Shown piece after piece: positions 29,616-39,474 of a DNA stretch of 64,000 nucleotides. Under the pieces are notes generated by a model that saw only the letters and a list, made by a program, of their open reading frames with translations, made no database searches and was not told the DNA's origin. Within the stretch, counting starts at the first letter, position 1. Each line of letters begins with the position of its first letter. The position numbers and the translations under genes were made by a program. The stretch lies in sequence record SRR20825010_2423, one strand, 5' to 3'.

Positions 29616-30773
29616 CTAGCGTTCGGAGAGGTCATGAAACACTTTGGCACCGGGCGGTTGCTGCTCACGCAAAAGCTCAACAATTCTCGCGGATGTGTCA
29701 CCGCTGCCATAGGGATTATCACAGGACTCTGAAACCTGTTTGGCCCGAGGTGATAAAGTCTGCTCAATGGCGTGGCTGATATCCTCTCGGGTTGTTCCGG
29801 AATGAATCACGGAATCCGCAGCAAGGCGCCCTTTCTGGCGGACGCCGATATTGACAGTTGGTGTTCTGAGTGAGGGTACTTCTATAACACCACTGGAAGA
29901 ATTGCCCACTACGGCATCGCAGAGAGCCACCGCACTCAGGTAGCACTGCATGCCCAGAGAGGGTACGGCGAACACTCTGCCAATGCGTTCACTGGCATAG
30001 TGTTCAAGTATCTGAATCAGCCGGCGCCCACCGTTGTCTGAGTTGGGGTAAGTGAGCAAAACCTGATATTCCGGAAACTCATCCAGCGTCGTTAGCAGGT
30101 TTTCAAAAGTTTGCTCACTGTCTTCGTCCCCGGCAGTGACTGGATGGTACGTCACCAGAAAAAAAGGCTGCTTTAAATCAAGTTTGAACTTGTGGTTGAT
30201 TGCGGCGAGGGGAACCCTCGGGACAGTCCGGATGTTTTCAATGCCCAGCGCACCAACGTTCCAGACGGTGTCCGGATGCTCGCCCATCTGTATCACCCGC
30301 TGACGATATTCCTCTGAGGCAACAAAGTGATAGTGCGAGAGTTTGGTTATAGCATGGCGAATCGGATCATCGTAAGCACCTTCGGTGAGTTCACCACCGT
30401 GCAGATGCGCAATAGGGATGCGCATGACCGCCGCAACCTGGGCAATCGCCAGAGCTTCGTAGCGGTCACCCAGTATCACCAGGCAATCCGGTCGCAGGCG
30501 TTCCAGTGCGTCCGCAAAACCGATCCCCCCTAACCCCATGGATTTGGCAACGCCACAGCTAGTGTCTGAGGCCAAGAGCATTTCTACCTTGGCATCAATA
30601 GCAAACCCGTCGGCCTCGATGGTCCGCCAGGTTTCACCGAACTGAGGCGAGAGGTGCATGCCGCTCACGATCAGTTGCATTGTCATCTCCGGGTGCCGCG
30701 CCAGCTTCATGAGTAGCGGGTGCAGTAAGCCATACTCGGCGCGGGTTCCGGTGAATACGGCGACTGTTTTCAT
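29616..30773 (-). CDS. neuC: Hydrolysing NDP-sugar 2-epimerase (LegG/NeuC family)
   Basis: TGTRAEYGLL, GMHLS, LGDRYE, HLHGGE, RHAITKLS, TYHPVT and GNSSSG. Confidence 0.93.
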   Translation of the reverse strand: MKTVAVFTGTRAEYGLLHPLLMKLARHPEMTMQLIVSGMHLSPQFGETWRTIEADGFAIDAKVEMLLASDTSCGVAKSMGLGGIGFADALERLRPDCLVILGDRYEALAIAQVAAVMRIPIAHLHGGELTEGAYDDPIRHAITKLSHYHFVASEEYRQRVIQMGEHPDTVWNVGALGIENIRTVPRVPLAAINHKFKLDLKQPFFLVTYHPVTAGDEDSEQTFENLLTTLDEFPEYQVLLTYPNSDNGGRRLIQILEHYASERIGRVFAVPSLGMQCYLSAVALCDAVVGNSSSGVIEVPSLRTPTVNIGVRQKGRLAADSVIHSGTTREDISHAIEQTLSPRAKQVSESCDNPYGSGDTSARIVELLREQQPPGAKVFHDLSER

Positions 30774-31930
30774 GACTGGGCCGGCTTTACGCTACTGGGA
30801 AGATTAACGAGGCGCTGAGCTATGCTCCGTGAAGTACCGAGAGCTCCTCGTGTGCAATGCTGGTACATCGGCAGATCACACATCAGCTGCCAGACTGGGC
30901 GAGTCATTACGTTGCTGGCGTTAGTCACCTCAAGTAATCGATCTCTTGATGCCTGATCCGGACAAAGGACGGCGTTCAACCAGAAGTTGCTTCTGCAACC
31001 CTCCGGCTCATCAACAAACTTAAACTCCGTCCCTGTGAGAAGGTGTCGGTATTCCTCCGCCAACGCCCGCTTTTCCGCCAGAAATCCCGGCAACTGCTCT
31101 AGTTGGGCAACACCCAGAGCTGCGTTGATATTGGGCAACCGGTAGTTATAGCCAACTTCATCGTGAACGTATTCGTAGAGATGCGGCTTCTTGGCGGTTG
31201 TAGTCAGGTGCTTTGCGCGTTTGCCGGCTGCCTCGTCACAAAGGATCATACCTCCACCACCGGTGGTTATGATTTTGTTGCCGTTGAAGCTTACAGCTGC
31301 CAGCTTACCGAACGTACCGGTATGCCGACCGTGATAGAAACTGCCAAGCGATTCCGCCGCGTCTTCCACAATTGGTATATTCCACTTTTCGCACGCGCGC
31401 ACGAGCCCCGCCAAATCGGCCGGATGCCCGAAGGTATGCATGGGCAGGCAGGCGGAAATCCGACGGCCCGTTGCCCGTTCCACGCACTGCCCGGACGAAT
31501 CACGCGCCGTATAGCTTTCCAGCCACTCCTCAAGTGCACGCGGGCTGAGCCCGAGCGTGGATTCATCAACATCAATAAACAGTGGCTCGGCCCCGCAGTA
31601 GGCGATGGCATTACAGGTCGCAACGAACGTAAGAGCCTGAGTAATCACCAGATCACCCTGCTCTACCCCTGCGAGCCTGAGGCTCACATGGAGTGCAGCG
31701 GTTCCGTTCACCGTCGCCACCGCGCACTCCGTGCCCGTGTAGGCGGCCATATCCTGTTCGAACCGATTAACGTACTCACCCACGCTGGACACGAAGGTTG
31801 ACGTAATGGTGTTCGCGACGTATGTCTGCTCGCTACCTTTGAACACAGGTGCGTGCAGCGGTATGAACTCGCCCGTCCCGTAGTAGTCTTTTACAAACTC
31901 AATCAGCCGATTCACCGACACATCAGACAT
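30770..31930 (-). CDS. legC: LegC-family PLP aminotransferase
   Basis: PLHAP, VSSVG, NGTAALH, TFVATCNA, MHTFGHP, EDAAESLGS, SFNGNKIITTGGGG and GYNYRLPNINAALG. Confidence 0.92.
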   Translation of the reverse strand: MSDVSVNRLIEFVKDYYGTGEFIPLHAPVFKGSEQTYVANTITSTFVSSVGEYVNRFEQDMAAYTGTECAVATVNGTAALHVSLRLAGVEQGDLVITQALTFVATCNAIAYCGAEPLFIDVDESTLGLSPRALEEWLESYTARDSSGQCVERATGRRISACLPMHTFGHPADLAGLVRACEKWNIPIVEDAAESLGSFYHGRHTGTFGKLAAVSFNGNKIITTGGGGMILCDEAAGKRAKHLTTTAKKPHLYEYVHDEVGYNYRLPNINAALGVAQLEQLPGFLAEKRALAEEYRHLLTGTEFKFVDEPEGCRSNFWLNAVLCPDQASRDRLLEVTNASNVMTRPVWQLMCDLPMYQHCTRGALGTSRSIAQRLVNLPSSVKPAQS

Positions 31931-32909
31931 TATAGATTCCAGCTTTGTAGTGCTTCAGGTTCTCCGGATCGGTAAACCACGCTACCGTTTTCCTTAAACC
32001 TTCTTCGATAGAATGCTCAGGTGTAAATCCTGTCAACTCGCGGATCTTTGCGTTTTCACCCCAAAGCCGGAACACTTCGGATTTACCGGGGCGAAAGCGT
32101 TGTTCGTCAGTGATGAACTCAACATCGCTTTCCATAATAGTCCGGATTAGATTCAGGGTGTCGCCCACGGAAATCTCGAAATTGGAAGCGATGTTCACCG
32201 TCTCACCCACCGTTTTCTCGGAGTTGGCAAGTGCGAGGAACCCTTTGCAGGTATCTTCAACGTAGTTGAAATCCCGGGTGGGCGACACATCGCCCAGCTT
32301 GATGGATTTCTGGCCAGCGGCAATCTGGGTAATGATGGTGGGAATCACCGCACGAGCGGACTGTCGTGGCCCGTAGGTATTGAACGGGCGGGCCACGGTA
32401 AGAGGCAGGTCAAACGCGTTATAGAAGCTCATCGCCATGGCGTCGGCGGCAATCTTCGAGGCGCTGTAGGGCGACTGCGGCTGCACCGGATGCTTCTCGT
32501 CAATCGGCACGTACTGGGCGGTGCCATACACCTCACTGGTGGAGGTATGGATCACGCGCTTTACGCCATTATCCAGGGCGGCTTGGCAGATATTAAGCGT
32601 GCCCTTTACATTAGTGTCTACGTAGCTGTCTGGCGCCACGTAGGAGTACGGGATCGCAATCAACGCGGCCAGGTGATAAACAATGTCCACATCTTTGGTG
32701 ATGTGCTTGCAGTAGTGGGGGTCCCGCACGTCACCGTTGAGGACTTCCACTTGGCTCAGGCAATCAATGTTCTCAAGCCAGCCCCAGTAGTTGAAGGAGT
32801 TGTACTGAGACAGTGCCTTTACTTTGTAGCCTACGCGAACGAGCAACTCGGTGAGATGGGAGCCGATAAAGCCATCAGCGCCGGTAACCAAAACCGTTTC
32901 TTTCGTCAT
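31923..32909 (-). CDS. legB: NAD-dependent 4,6-dehydratase LegB
   Basis: VTGADGFIGSHL, YNSFNYWGWL, LAALIAIPYSY, TSTSEVYG, YSASK and RPFNTYGPRQS. Confidence 0.93.
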   Translation of the reverse strand: MTKETVLVTGADGFIGSHLTELLVRVGYKVKALSQYNSFNYWGWLENIDCLSQVEVLNGDVRDPHYCKHITKDVDIVYHLAALIAIPYSYVAPDSYVDTNVKGTLNICQAALDNGVKRVIHTSTSEVYGTAQYVPIDEKHPVQPQSPYSASKIAADAMAMSFYNAFDLPLTVARPFNTYGPRQSARAVIPTIITQIAAGQKSIKLGDVSPTRDFNYVEDTCKGFLALANSEKTVGETVNIASNFEISVGDTLNLIRTIMESDVEFITDEQRFRPGKSEVFRLWGENAKIRELTGFTPEHSIEEGLRKTVAWFTDPENLKHYKAGIYNV

Positions 32910-32949
32910 ATTCAGGTTCCAATTCTGAGATTACAAGAACAATTCAGCC

Positions 32950-34185
32950 TTATCCCAAGAGCAGTTCTTTTCGGGTGATACGCCATTTCTGGTACTTCAG
33001 GAGGGTTGCAACGCCACTGCCAAGGAGCATGGAAACTGTGACAGCCCAATAGCTCGTGTAGCGGCCGACAATAAAGAGCGAGAGCGCTGCAATCACCAAT
33101 CCGGCGACATTTGCGGTAATGATGCTACTGTCCCTGATGGTCGTATAAAGACCGTACTGGAAGACATAACCGGCAATGAAGACCGCCATTGTAACAATGA
33201 CGGCTCCAAAAAGCGGCAGGTTCTGAGCGTAGACTGGCTCTTCCAGTAACGGGAATATCACAATGCCCGCCGATATGGCTCCGGTCATCAGTACGACGAG
33301 CCAGAGAGCGGACTGCTTTGCCAGTTTGCGGTAGGCCAGCTCAAACTCGGGCATATTGTTTCCTTTGTAGGCCTTCATCATTTTCGGGTAATAAAAGACA
33401 AAAACACCAGACTCCATAAATGAAAGCATGGCCGAGGCAACGCCCATATACACACTGTAAGCACCCAAAAGCGCTAGACCATTCAGAGCCTCAAATGCAT
33501 AGCGGTCAAATGTAAACAAGGACCTGACTGCGACAGATGAAACGAGCAGCGGAATGGCAACGACAACGCCTGTTCTGATCCAGTGCCATTCCTGCTTCGC
33601 GAAAGACCCTTTCCAGTCCAGCCTCAAAAGTGGCCCTATGCCGATCAATATGCTGGCAAATGTTCCGACGAGCCAGAAAAGTAGGAGATCAGAGATGTTT
33701 CTGAAATCCGGGTTCAGCCACATTGCAAGCGTGAAGCAAATAGCCCAGAGTGCCTGTTTAACAAATATGATCAGCGTTGCCAGCAGCGGCTTTTCAATGG
33801 CCACGAGTAGTCGCATCAGTTCCGTCGAAAGGTGTTCAAGGACAACGAGAACAACAAACGCGGCCATCACACTCCAGGGCAACATTCCCAGCCAGAAGAG
33901 AATACTAGACGCCGGCAACACAACGACATACATCAGGCCAAAGAAAACTATCTGGCTAGACAATAATCGGGGCCACTCTGACCGGGGCCGGGCCACCAGA
34001 TCACGCGTACTGTAGGTATAGAACTCGAAGCCGACAAAATAGATGGAGTAGAAAACCGTAACCGTAATCAGTCCATAAAGCCCCACCTGCTCAGGCGGCA
34101 GAAAGACCGCCAAAGACAGGATAAAAATAAACTTGACAGCCAACGTGATTGCCCGCAGGCTCAGGTTGAGCATACGGATGTTCAT
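32950..34185 (-). CDS. wzx: Wzx-type O-unit flippase
   Basis: About 12 hydrophobic segments, LPPEQVGLYG, and FDRY...LGAYS. Located between wzz and the sugar-synthesis genes. Confidence 0.75.
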   Translation of the reverse strand: MNIRMLNLSLRAITLAVKFIFILSLAVFLPPEQVGLYGLITVTVFYSIYFVGFEFYTYSTRDLVARPRSEWPRLLSSQIVFFGLMYVVVLPASSILFWLGMLPWSVMAAFVVLVVLEHLSTELMRLLVAIEKPLLATLIIFVKQALWAICFTLAMWLNPDFRNISDLLLFWLVGTFASILIGIGPLLRLDWKGSFAKQEWHWIRTGVVVAIPLLVSSVAVRSLFTFDRYAFEALNGLALLGAYSVYMGVASAMLSFMESGVFVFYYPKMMKAYKGNNMPEFELAYRKLAKQSALWLVVLMTGAISAGIVIFPLLEEPVYAQNLPLFGAVIVTMAVFIAGYVFQYGLYTTIRDSSIITANVAGLVIAALSLFIVGRYTSYWAVTVSMLLGSGVATLLKYQKWRITRKELLLG

Positions 34186-35162
34186 GGGTGTCGAGGTGTA
34201 TTATCAGTCGGGTTCTTTAGATCGCCTGTCATGAAAAACCTGATAAATACAATAAGAACCCCTAACATCATTCCCAGCAATACCGACAGCACGACAATCA
34301 GTGGCCGCTTTGGCTCACTCTTCTCCTGCGGAACAACTGCCGGGTCCACCGTCTCGAACACATACTCCTGCTGAGCATTGGCCAGCATCACAGTGCGGGT
34401 CTCGCTTTCGATGAGCTGATAGAACACCTGCTGCATACCGGCGACGTTGGTGTCGTTCAGTTTGCCTTCGAGGTATTCGATTCGGGAACTGGCTTTAGAG
34501 ACGTCTTGCCGGCGCATATGTTCATTGATATCCGCAACCAACCATTCAGCCCATTGCTGCGCCGCTGGGGGAGAGAGGCTTTTTACGCTGACGGTGACCA
34601 TGCCATTGTCTTTGTTCTCGCTTACGCTCAGATGGTTTTCCTTGAACGCTTTTACCAGATCCCACTCGGTTGGTTTGTGGTTTCCACCGTCTGCGTCGGT
34701 GAGCCATTCGCTGGTTTCAGGGGTGTAGACGTCTCGGTCATACACCCAAGTTTGGCTTTTAACATTCCAACCTTCAGTGGCCAAAAGCTGCACTTCCAGG
34801 TTATGGCGCCGGATAAAATCTGCCAGGAAGGCACGGGATTGCAGAACTTCCTTGGCAATGACTTTCTGGTTTGAACGGTTATTGCCTATATTGATCCCGG
34901 CGAGACTCGCCAAGCCCCCAAGCTGCCCGCTGATTCTGCCCAAACCACCTTCTTCGTTGGCCGGCGCTAGCAGAACGCTTGACTGGTAGATGTTAGGCTT
35001 GTATAGAGCATAGGCGACACCTGCCACTGCTAAGACGAACGTGGTGGCGATGATGAGCCATTTGCCGGACCAGAGGATTGCAAAGAGTCCCCGAAGATCA
35101 ATTTCATCATCCGAGTAATGGCTTGCCTCAGGTGGTTCTGATACGCGTTCGTATCGGGTCAT
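34182..35162 (-). CDS. wzz: Wzz/polysaccharide co-polymerase (OtnB-like)
   Basis: DDEIDLRGLF..LW, TM1, GLASLAG, DPAVVP.EKSEPKRPLI and TM2. ATG overlaps the upstream TAA (TAATG). Confidence 0.9.
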   Translation of the reverse strand: MTRYERVSEPPEASHYSDDEIDLRGLFAILWSGKWLIIATTFVLAVAGVAYALYKPNIYQSSVLLAPANEEGGLGRISGQLGGLASLAGINIGNNRSNQKVIAKEVLQSRAFLADFIRRHNLEVQLLATEGWNVKSQTWVYDRDVYTPETSEWLTDADGGNHKPTEWDLVKAFKENHLSVSENKDNGMVTVSVKSLSPPAAQQWAEWLVADINEHMRRQDVSKASSRIEYLEGKLNDTNVAGMQQVFYQLIESETRTVMLANAQQEYVFETVDPAVVPQEKSEPKRPLIVVLSVLLGMMLGVLIVFIRFFMTGDLKNPTDNTPRHP

Positions 35163-37741
35163 TACAAGTTCCCCACTGCCGCTGCACCCAATGCCATCTG
35201 ATAGACAATCTGGCTCACGTTGCTCCAAAGCTCCAACTGGTTCAACCTGTCAACGTCAATGGGCACGATAATGGTGTCACCGGGCGCCAGTTGCTGGCTT
35301 CGCCTACCAAACCAGCGGCTTTTCTCTGGCAGCATCACAGAACCGTCAGCTTTAACTACGTACACCCTCTCCTCATCCGCCTGGCGCGTTGGACCGCCAC
35401 TGCGTTCCAGGTAGTCATCCACGGTTAGCCCCTCTGAGTGAAGGTGACTGGTTGGAAACTGAACCTCACCAAATACGCTGACGGCTTGCGGGATAGTTGG
35501 CACGGTCAAAGCGTCCCCATCCTGAAGGCGAATTGGCTGGTAGTCGTCGCTGCCCACAACCGCTGCTAGATTGATCACCATTCGCCCGACAGGGCGGGAG
35601 TCCTGCACTTCTTCCAACAGGTCCCGTACCTGCTGGGTGCGTTCTGCGTTCTCGCCTCCAAAATCGCCGCCTTCCAATTGTACGCCCACTAAATCACTTT
35701 GCAGACGCTCCTCTGCTTCACGCAGGCGCTGGGACTCCAACCGACGGAGTTTTTCGCGGGTGAAGATGGCCCCCTCCGGGAAAGCATTGTCCGTAAGGCC
35801 TCCGGCCCGTTGGAGTACTTGGCGAAGGGTTTCACCATCGCGGATGGTGTATTTACCGGGATAGCGTACTTCACCGTCCAGTTCGATAGTTTTGGCCTGT
35901 GCGAATTTCGGTATGGATTTTACAAGTAAGCGGTCCCGGCTTTTGAGGGTTACCGAGGACTCGCCTTTCATAATGGCCTGCAGGTCCATGTTCTGAATTT
36001 TGGTTTCGCCAGTGCCCTCATCGTCTATGCCAAAGCGGGCCAGCTCGGCGGTGTACAGGGAAGCGGAGTCTTTCAGGCCGCCAGCAAAATAGATGGCGTC
36101 TGCCACTTCCCCAGATGCTGGCAAGGGGTATTCTCCAGGATATCGTACCGGGCCCGTCACCCTTATAATTTGTTGTGGTGCGCTTGGTTTGGCCTGGGCT
36201 TTCAATCTTTGCAACACCGGTGCAAACAACACCTCCCGACTATAGCGGTTGTAGTCATCTTCACCTTCTTCGCCATTTTCTCTTTCCGATAGTTCCAGGT
36301 TCCCGCGCCTCGCTTCCTCACGATTGCGTTCAATGCCATTTTGGTCACTTACCTTGCCTTCATCCGCGAATATCAGAAACTGATCTTGTTCCTGTAGAAG
36401 AATGTCCTTCTCACCGCCTGGGTTATTCAGAGCTTGGCGCAGGCGCAAGTTGATGACAGATACGGTGTCAGTTTCAGGGTCTGTGCGTACAATGGCCGCG
36501 TAGCGCTTGTCGGCCTCCCTCAGCAGATCGTTGTCCAGGGAACGGATAACGGAGCTCACTCTCATGCCCGGCACCCAAGCGTAGCGGCCCGGGCGTGTGG
36601 CCGCGCCCTTTACTTCCACGTACTGACCGGTGACATCGGAGATGGAAGCGACTTCTATGCGGTCACCGGGTTTAACTGCTGCCTGCTTGCCTTTTGATGT
36701 GGTGAGGTCGGCTTCGGCGATGATGCGCAGGAAGTCATCGTTATTACGTTCAATACGCACCAGTTGCGGGTAGGCCTGGGGGGTCAGGCCGCCGGCCAAG
36801 TTTACCAGCTCCTGCAGGTTGGTGTCGCTTTTCAGTTCATAGAGCGCGGGGCGGTATACTTCGCCGTCTATGCCTACGCGGTCGCCTACTGGCGGGATGA
36901 AAATCACATCGCCGGGTTGCAGACGATTGTCATCGGAGGTGTCGCCCGCAAGTAACAGGTCGTAGAGATCCAGTTCACCGACCAGTTTTCCGTCCCGTTT
37001 GTGCTGGACTTTACGCAGGGAACCGGTGCGTTTGATGCCACCAGACACATAGAGGGTATTGGTAATGGTGGAGAGCGAACTGACGGTGTAGGAACCTGCG
37101 TTTCTTGCCTCCCCCAGCACAAAAACACGCATGCTGCGCAGTTCGCCCAGGGAAACACTGGCCTGCACACCGATGTACTGCTCGGAGACCCGCTTCTTGA
37201 TCTGCTGTCTGGCTTGGTCAAACGTGAGGCCCGCAACGGTTTGGGGGCCGGATTGCGGAAAGCTAATGGTACCGTTCCGCGAAACAGGCAGTTCCAGTTG
37301 CTGATTTTCCTTTCCCCAGAGCTGCACCCGCAGTACATCGCCAGGGCCCAAAGTATAGTCGTTGGGAACGGGAATTTCCGTCACTGGCGCAAACGTTGTG
37401 GGGCTTCCAACAAACAGATCGTACCCATAAGGCTTCAGGCCGCCGTTCTTGCGGTCCTGTTCTTCGTTATTGTCCTGCTCTTGCCGGGCACGCTCCCTCT
37501 CTTCATCGGAGATGGCGTCAACCGGCTCTACCACGTTCACATTCTGTGGCCGCTGGCTTTGCTGGTTTGCAGAGCTGGCAATAGAATCCAGATCCACCCC
37601 ATATTGAAGCGCCAAGACCTCCTGCTGTGCCCGTGGCATGCTCTTGAACTGTTCAATCTGGGACTGGCTGATGGATTGGGCAGCGGTGGTAACTGGCAAC
37701 ACAAGCGCCAGAGACACTAGTAGTCGTTTGGTCAGGTTCAC
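35162..37741 (-). CDS. Large SLBB-repeat polysaccharide export protein (OtnA/WbfF/KpsD-like OPX)
   Basis: Signal peptide, YGYDLF and YTLGPGD, with repeated V.GEV..PG.Y and AGG SLBB units. Confidence 0.9.
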   Translation of the reverse strand: MNLTKRLLVSLALVLPVTTAAQSISQSQIEQFKSMPRAQQEVLALQYGVDLDSIASSANQQSQRPQNVNVVEPVDAISDEERERARQEQDNNEEQDRKNGGLKPYGYDLFVGSPTTFAPVTEIPVPNDYTLGPGDVLRVQLWGKENQQLELPVSRNGTISFPQSGPQTVAGLTFDQARQQIKKRVSEQYIGVQASVSLGELRSMRVFVLGEARNAGSYTVSSLSTITNTLYVSGGIKRTGSLRKVQHKRDGKLVGELDLYDLLLAGDTSDDNRLQPGDVIFIPPVGDRVGIDGEVYRPALYELKSDTNLQELVNLAGGLTPQAYPQLVRIERNNDDFLRIIAEADLTTSKGKQAAVKPGDRIEVASISDVTGQYVEVKGAATRPGRYAWVPGMRVSSVIRSLDNDLLREADKRYAAIVRTDPETDTVSVINLRLRQALNNPGGEKDILLQEQDQFLIFADEGKVSDQNGIERNREEARRGNLELSERENGEEGEDDYNRYSREVLFAPVLQRLKAQAKPSAPQQIIRVTGPVRYPGEYPLPASGEVADAIYFAGGLKDSASLYTAELARFGIDDEGTGETKIQNMDLQAIMKGESSVTLKSRDRLLVKSIPKFAQAKTIELDGEVRYPGKYTIRDGETLRQVLQRAGGLTDNAFPEGAIFTREKLRRLESQRLREAEERLQSDLVGVQLEGGDFGGENAERTQQVRDLLEEVQDSRPVGRMVINLAAVVGSDDYQPIRLQDGDALTVPTIPQAVSVFGEVQFPTSHLHSEGLTVDDYLERSGGPTRQADEERVYVVKADGSVMLPEKSRWFGRRSQQLAPGDTIIVPIDVDRLNQLELWSNVSQIVYQMALGAAAVGNL

Positions 37742-37757
37742 TTAGTAAATCCGTTTT

Positions 37758-39251
37758 TTAGAAGCGGTAGCGCCAGGCGGCGCCAACAGACCATTGGTCT
37801 TTCTCGCCGCTGATAAATTCTATCTTTTTGTCGGTGACCTGGGCCGTGAGGTCCAGCCAGCCGTTGAGAAATTGTGTGCCGTAACCCACGGATACCAGAG
37901 CGGCCACTTGGTTGCCATCCGGGACGGTATAGAATATGTCGTCGTCAGTTACAATGGCACGGTTCTGGCCATCCTTATTGAGATCCAGATAGCTTACAGA
38001 CGCCGACAGGTTACGGCCATCCGGGAAGAAGTTGAACGCACCAATCGTCAGGGTTTCGGTATCGCCATCGAAGGTGGAGGCCATGCTGCGGCCTTTGTGC
38101 CGGTATCCGCTTTGATAGCGGGAATGGTTGTAGGTGATGTTGGGCATGGCATTACCCAGAAAGTCGTCAGCCAGTGTGTTGGCGTATTCTACAAACCATT
38201 GCTGGTCGCTCTCTAACAATTGAGTGGTCCAGTCCGTACCCAACAGCCAGGATTTGCGAGCTGGAAAGGCGCCGGCCTCATCTTCGCCCATCATCTGGCC
38301 GTAGACACCCATGGCCTGGTCGCCGATGGAAAAACCGTAGCGCGCGTCAATACTGGCCAATTGGTTTCCGGGGTCGTTCTCTTCCAGTTGACCATTGTCG
38401 CGACCGATCAGGGCGTTCCAGATGGTGGAGGCGCCTTCCGGTCGACCTTCGCCGCCGAACATGATGGCGCGGGAGAAGCCCATATCCAGCCCGTCGATGG
38501 GCCTTATGGTCAAGCGCATGCCAATCATCTTGGCATCGGGAACCGCACGTTCGCTTTCCAGTTGGCCGGCAAAAGTGGTGAACTGCCAGGGGCCGATCCA
38601 TTTCAGCCAACTGGTTTCCGGCTCTGCGGCGTCCTTACGTTTCAGCCATACCGCAGGCATGGGGCGGGCGTTGTTGGAAAGGATCAAGCTACTTTGCCAC
38701 CCTGGCCCCCACCAGCGGTCGATGGCACCAACGCCAAACACCCAGTTGCCGGCGGTTGCAGCGAGATAGGAGCCGTCCAGGCGAAGTGTATCGTCGTCCT
38801 CCGGGTTGGCTGCCAGGCCTGGTTTTATGCCGAAGGCCCAGGATTCGCCCTGCCATTGCACATTGAGGCTGGTCTTGGCTGTTTCGCGTGGGCCAGCCTG
38901 AAAGCCTCTTACAAAGGTCGGTTCGCTGGTTGCGCCCAGTTCGTATTCCGCTCGCCAGCCCTGCTGGCCCTGCTCATCCATCTCGAACTTCAGGTAAGCC
39001 AATGGGCCGCCGATGGCTGGGGCATCGTTACCGGTTTCCCGGCCCAGGCCACTATGGACAGTACCCATCATCACCGGCCACGTGGAGGTTGTGCGATTCA
39101 GGTGTCCCCGGTCCGCCAGTTTTTGCAGGGCAAAGCGGGCACGGTTGTCGCCAGGCTTCAGCCAAGGTGCCGAAAAGGCCGCAGAAGAATACGTGGCGGC
39201 AATCAGGCACGCTACCGCCCCACCGACCAGGGTCCAGTGTTTTGAGGTCAT
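37758..39251 (-). CDS. wzi: Capsule assembly Wzi-family outer-membrane protein
   Basis: Signal peptide from ATG 39251, then TWP, RWWGPGWQSSLILSNNARPMP, SRAIMFGG, PGNQLA and GEDE, with a C-terminal aromatic (YRF). Confidence 0.88.
   Translation of the reverse strand: MTSKHWTLVGGAVACLIAATYSSAAFSAPWLKPGDNRARFALQKLADRGHLNRTTSTWPVMMGTVHSGLGRETGNDAPAIGGPLAYLKFEMDEQGQQGWRAEYELGATSEPTFVRGFQAGPRETAKTSLNVQWQGESWAFGIKPGLAANPEDDDTLRLDGSYLAATAGNWVFGVGAIDRWWGPGWQSSLILSNNARPMPAVWLKRKDAAEPETSWLKWIGPWQFTTFAGQLESERAVPDAKMIGMRLTIRPIDGLDMGFSRAIMFGGEGRPEGASTIWNALIGRDNGQLEENDPGNQLASIDARYGFSIGDQAMGVYGQMMGEDEAGAFPARKSWLLGTDWTTQLLESDQQWFVEYANTLADDFLGNAMPNITYNHSRYQSGYRHKGRSMASTFDGDTETLTIGAFNFFPDGRNLSASVSYLDLNKDGQNRAIVTDDDIFYTVPDGNQVAALVSVGYGTQFLNGWLDLTAQVTDKKIEFISGEKDQWSVGAAWRYRF
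39208..39219 (-). promoter_or_regulatory. ops element (RfaH loading site) inside the wzi 5' coding region
   Basis: The minus strand reads GGCGGTAGCGTG, an exact ops match, on the non-template strand and upstream of about 30 kb of co-oriented genes. rfaH is about 1.1 kb upstream. Confidence 0.8.
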
Positions 39252-39474
39252 ATACCGACAACTTTCTGAGAAATGACAGGAAAAAACGAACAATACGGAG
39301 GGAACAACCAAATCCCAACTGTATCCCTGTCGGTTGATGAAGCATCTGTGTCAAAAGCGTGACGATTTTACGGCATCCAATATGACACGCAAGTGACAAT
39401 GCCCCTGACATACCCATTCCAGAGGGCTGAGAATTAAGAAATTGTTCAAGGTCGTTCGAAATGGATACCAGTGA

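Noticed and set aside
37783..37793. GCGGTAGCG on the plus strand at the wzi 3' end
   Set aside because: Wrong strand for the operon, and explained by the codons for WRYRF.
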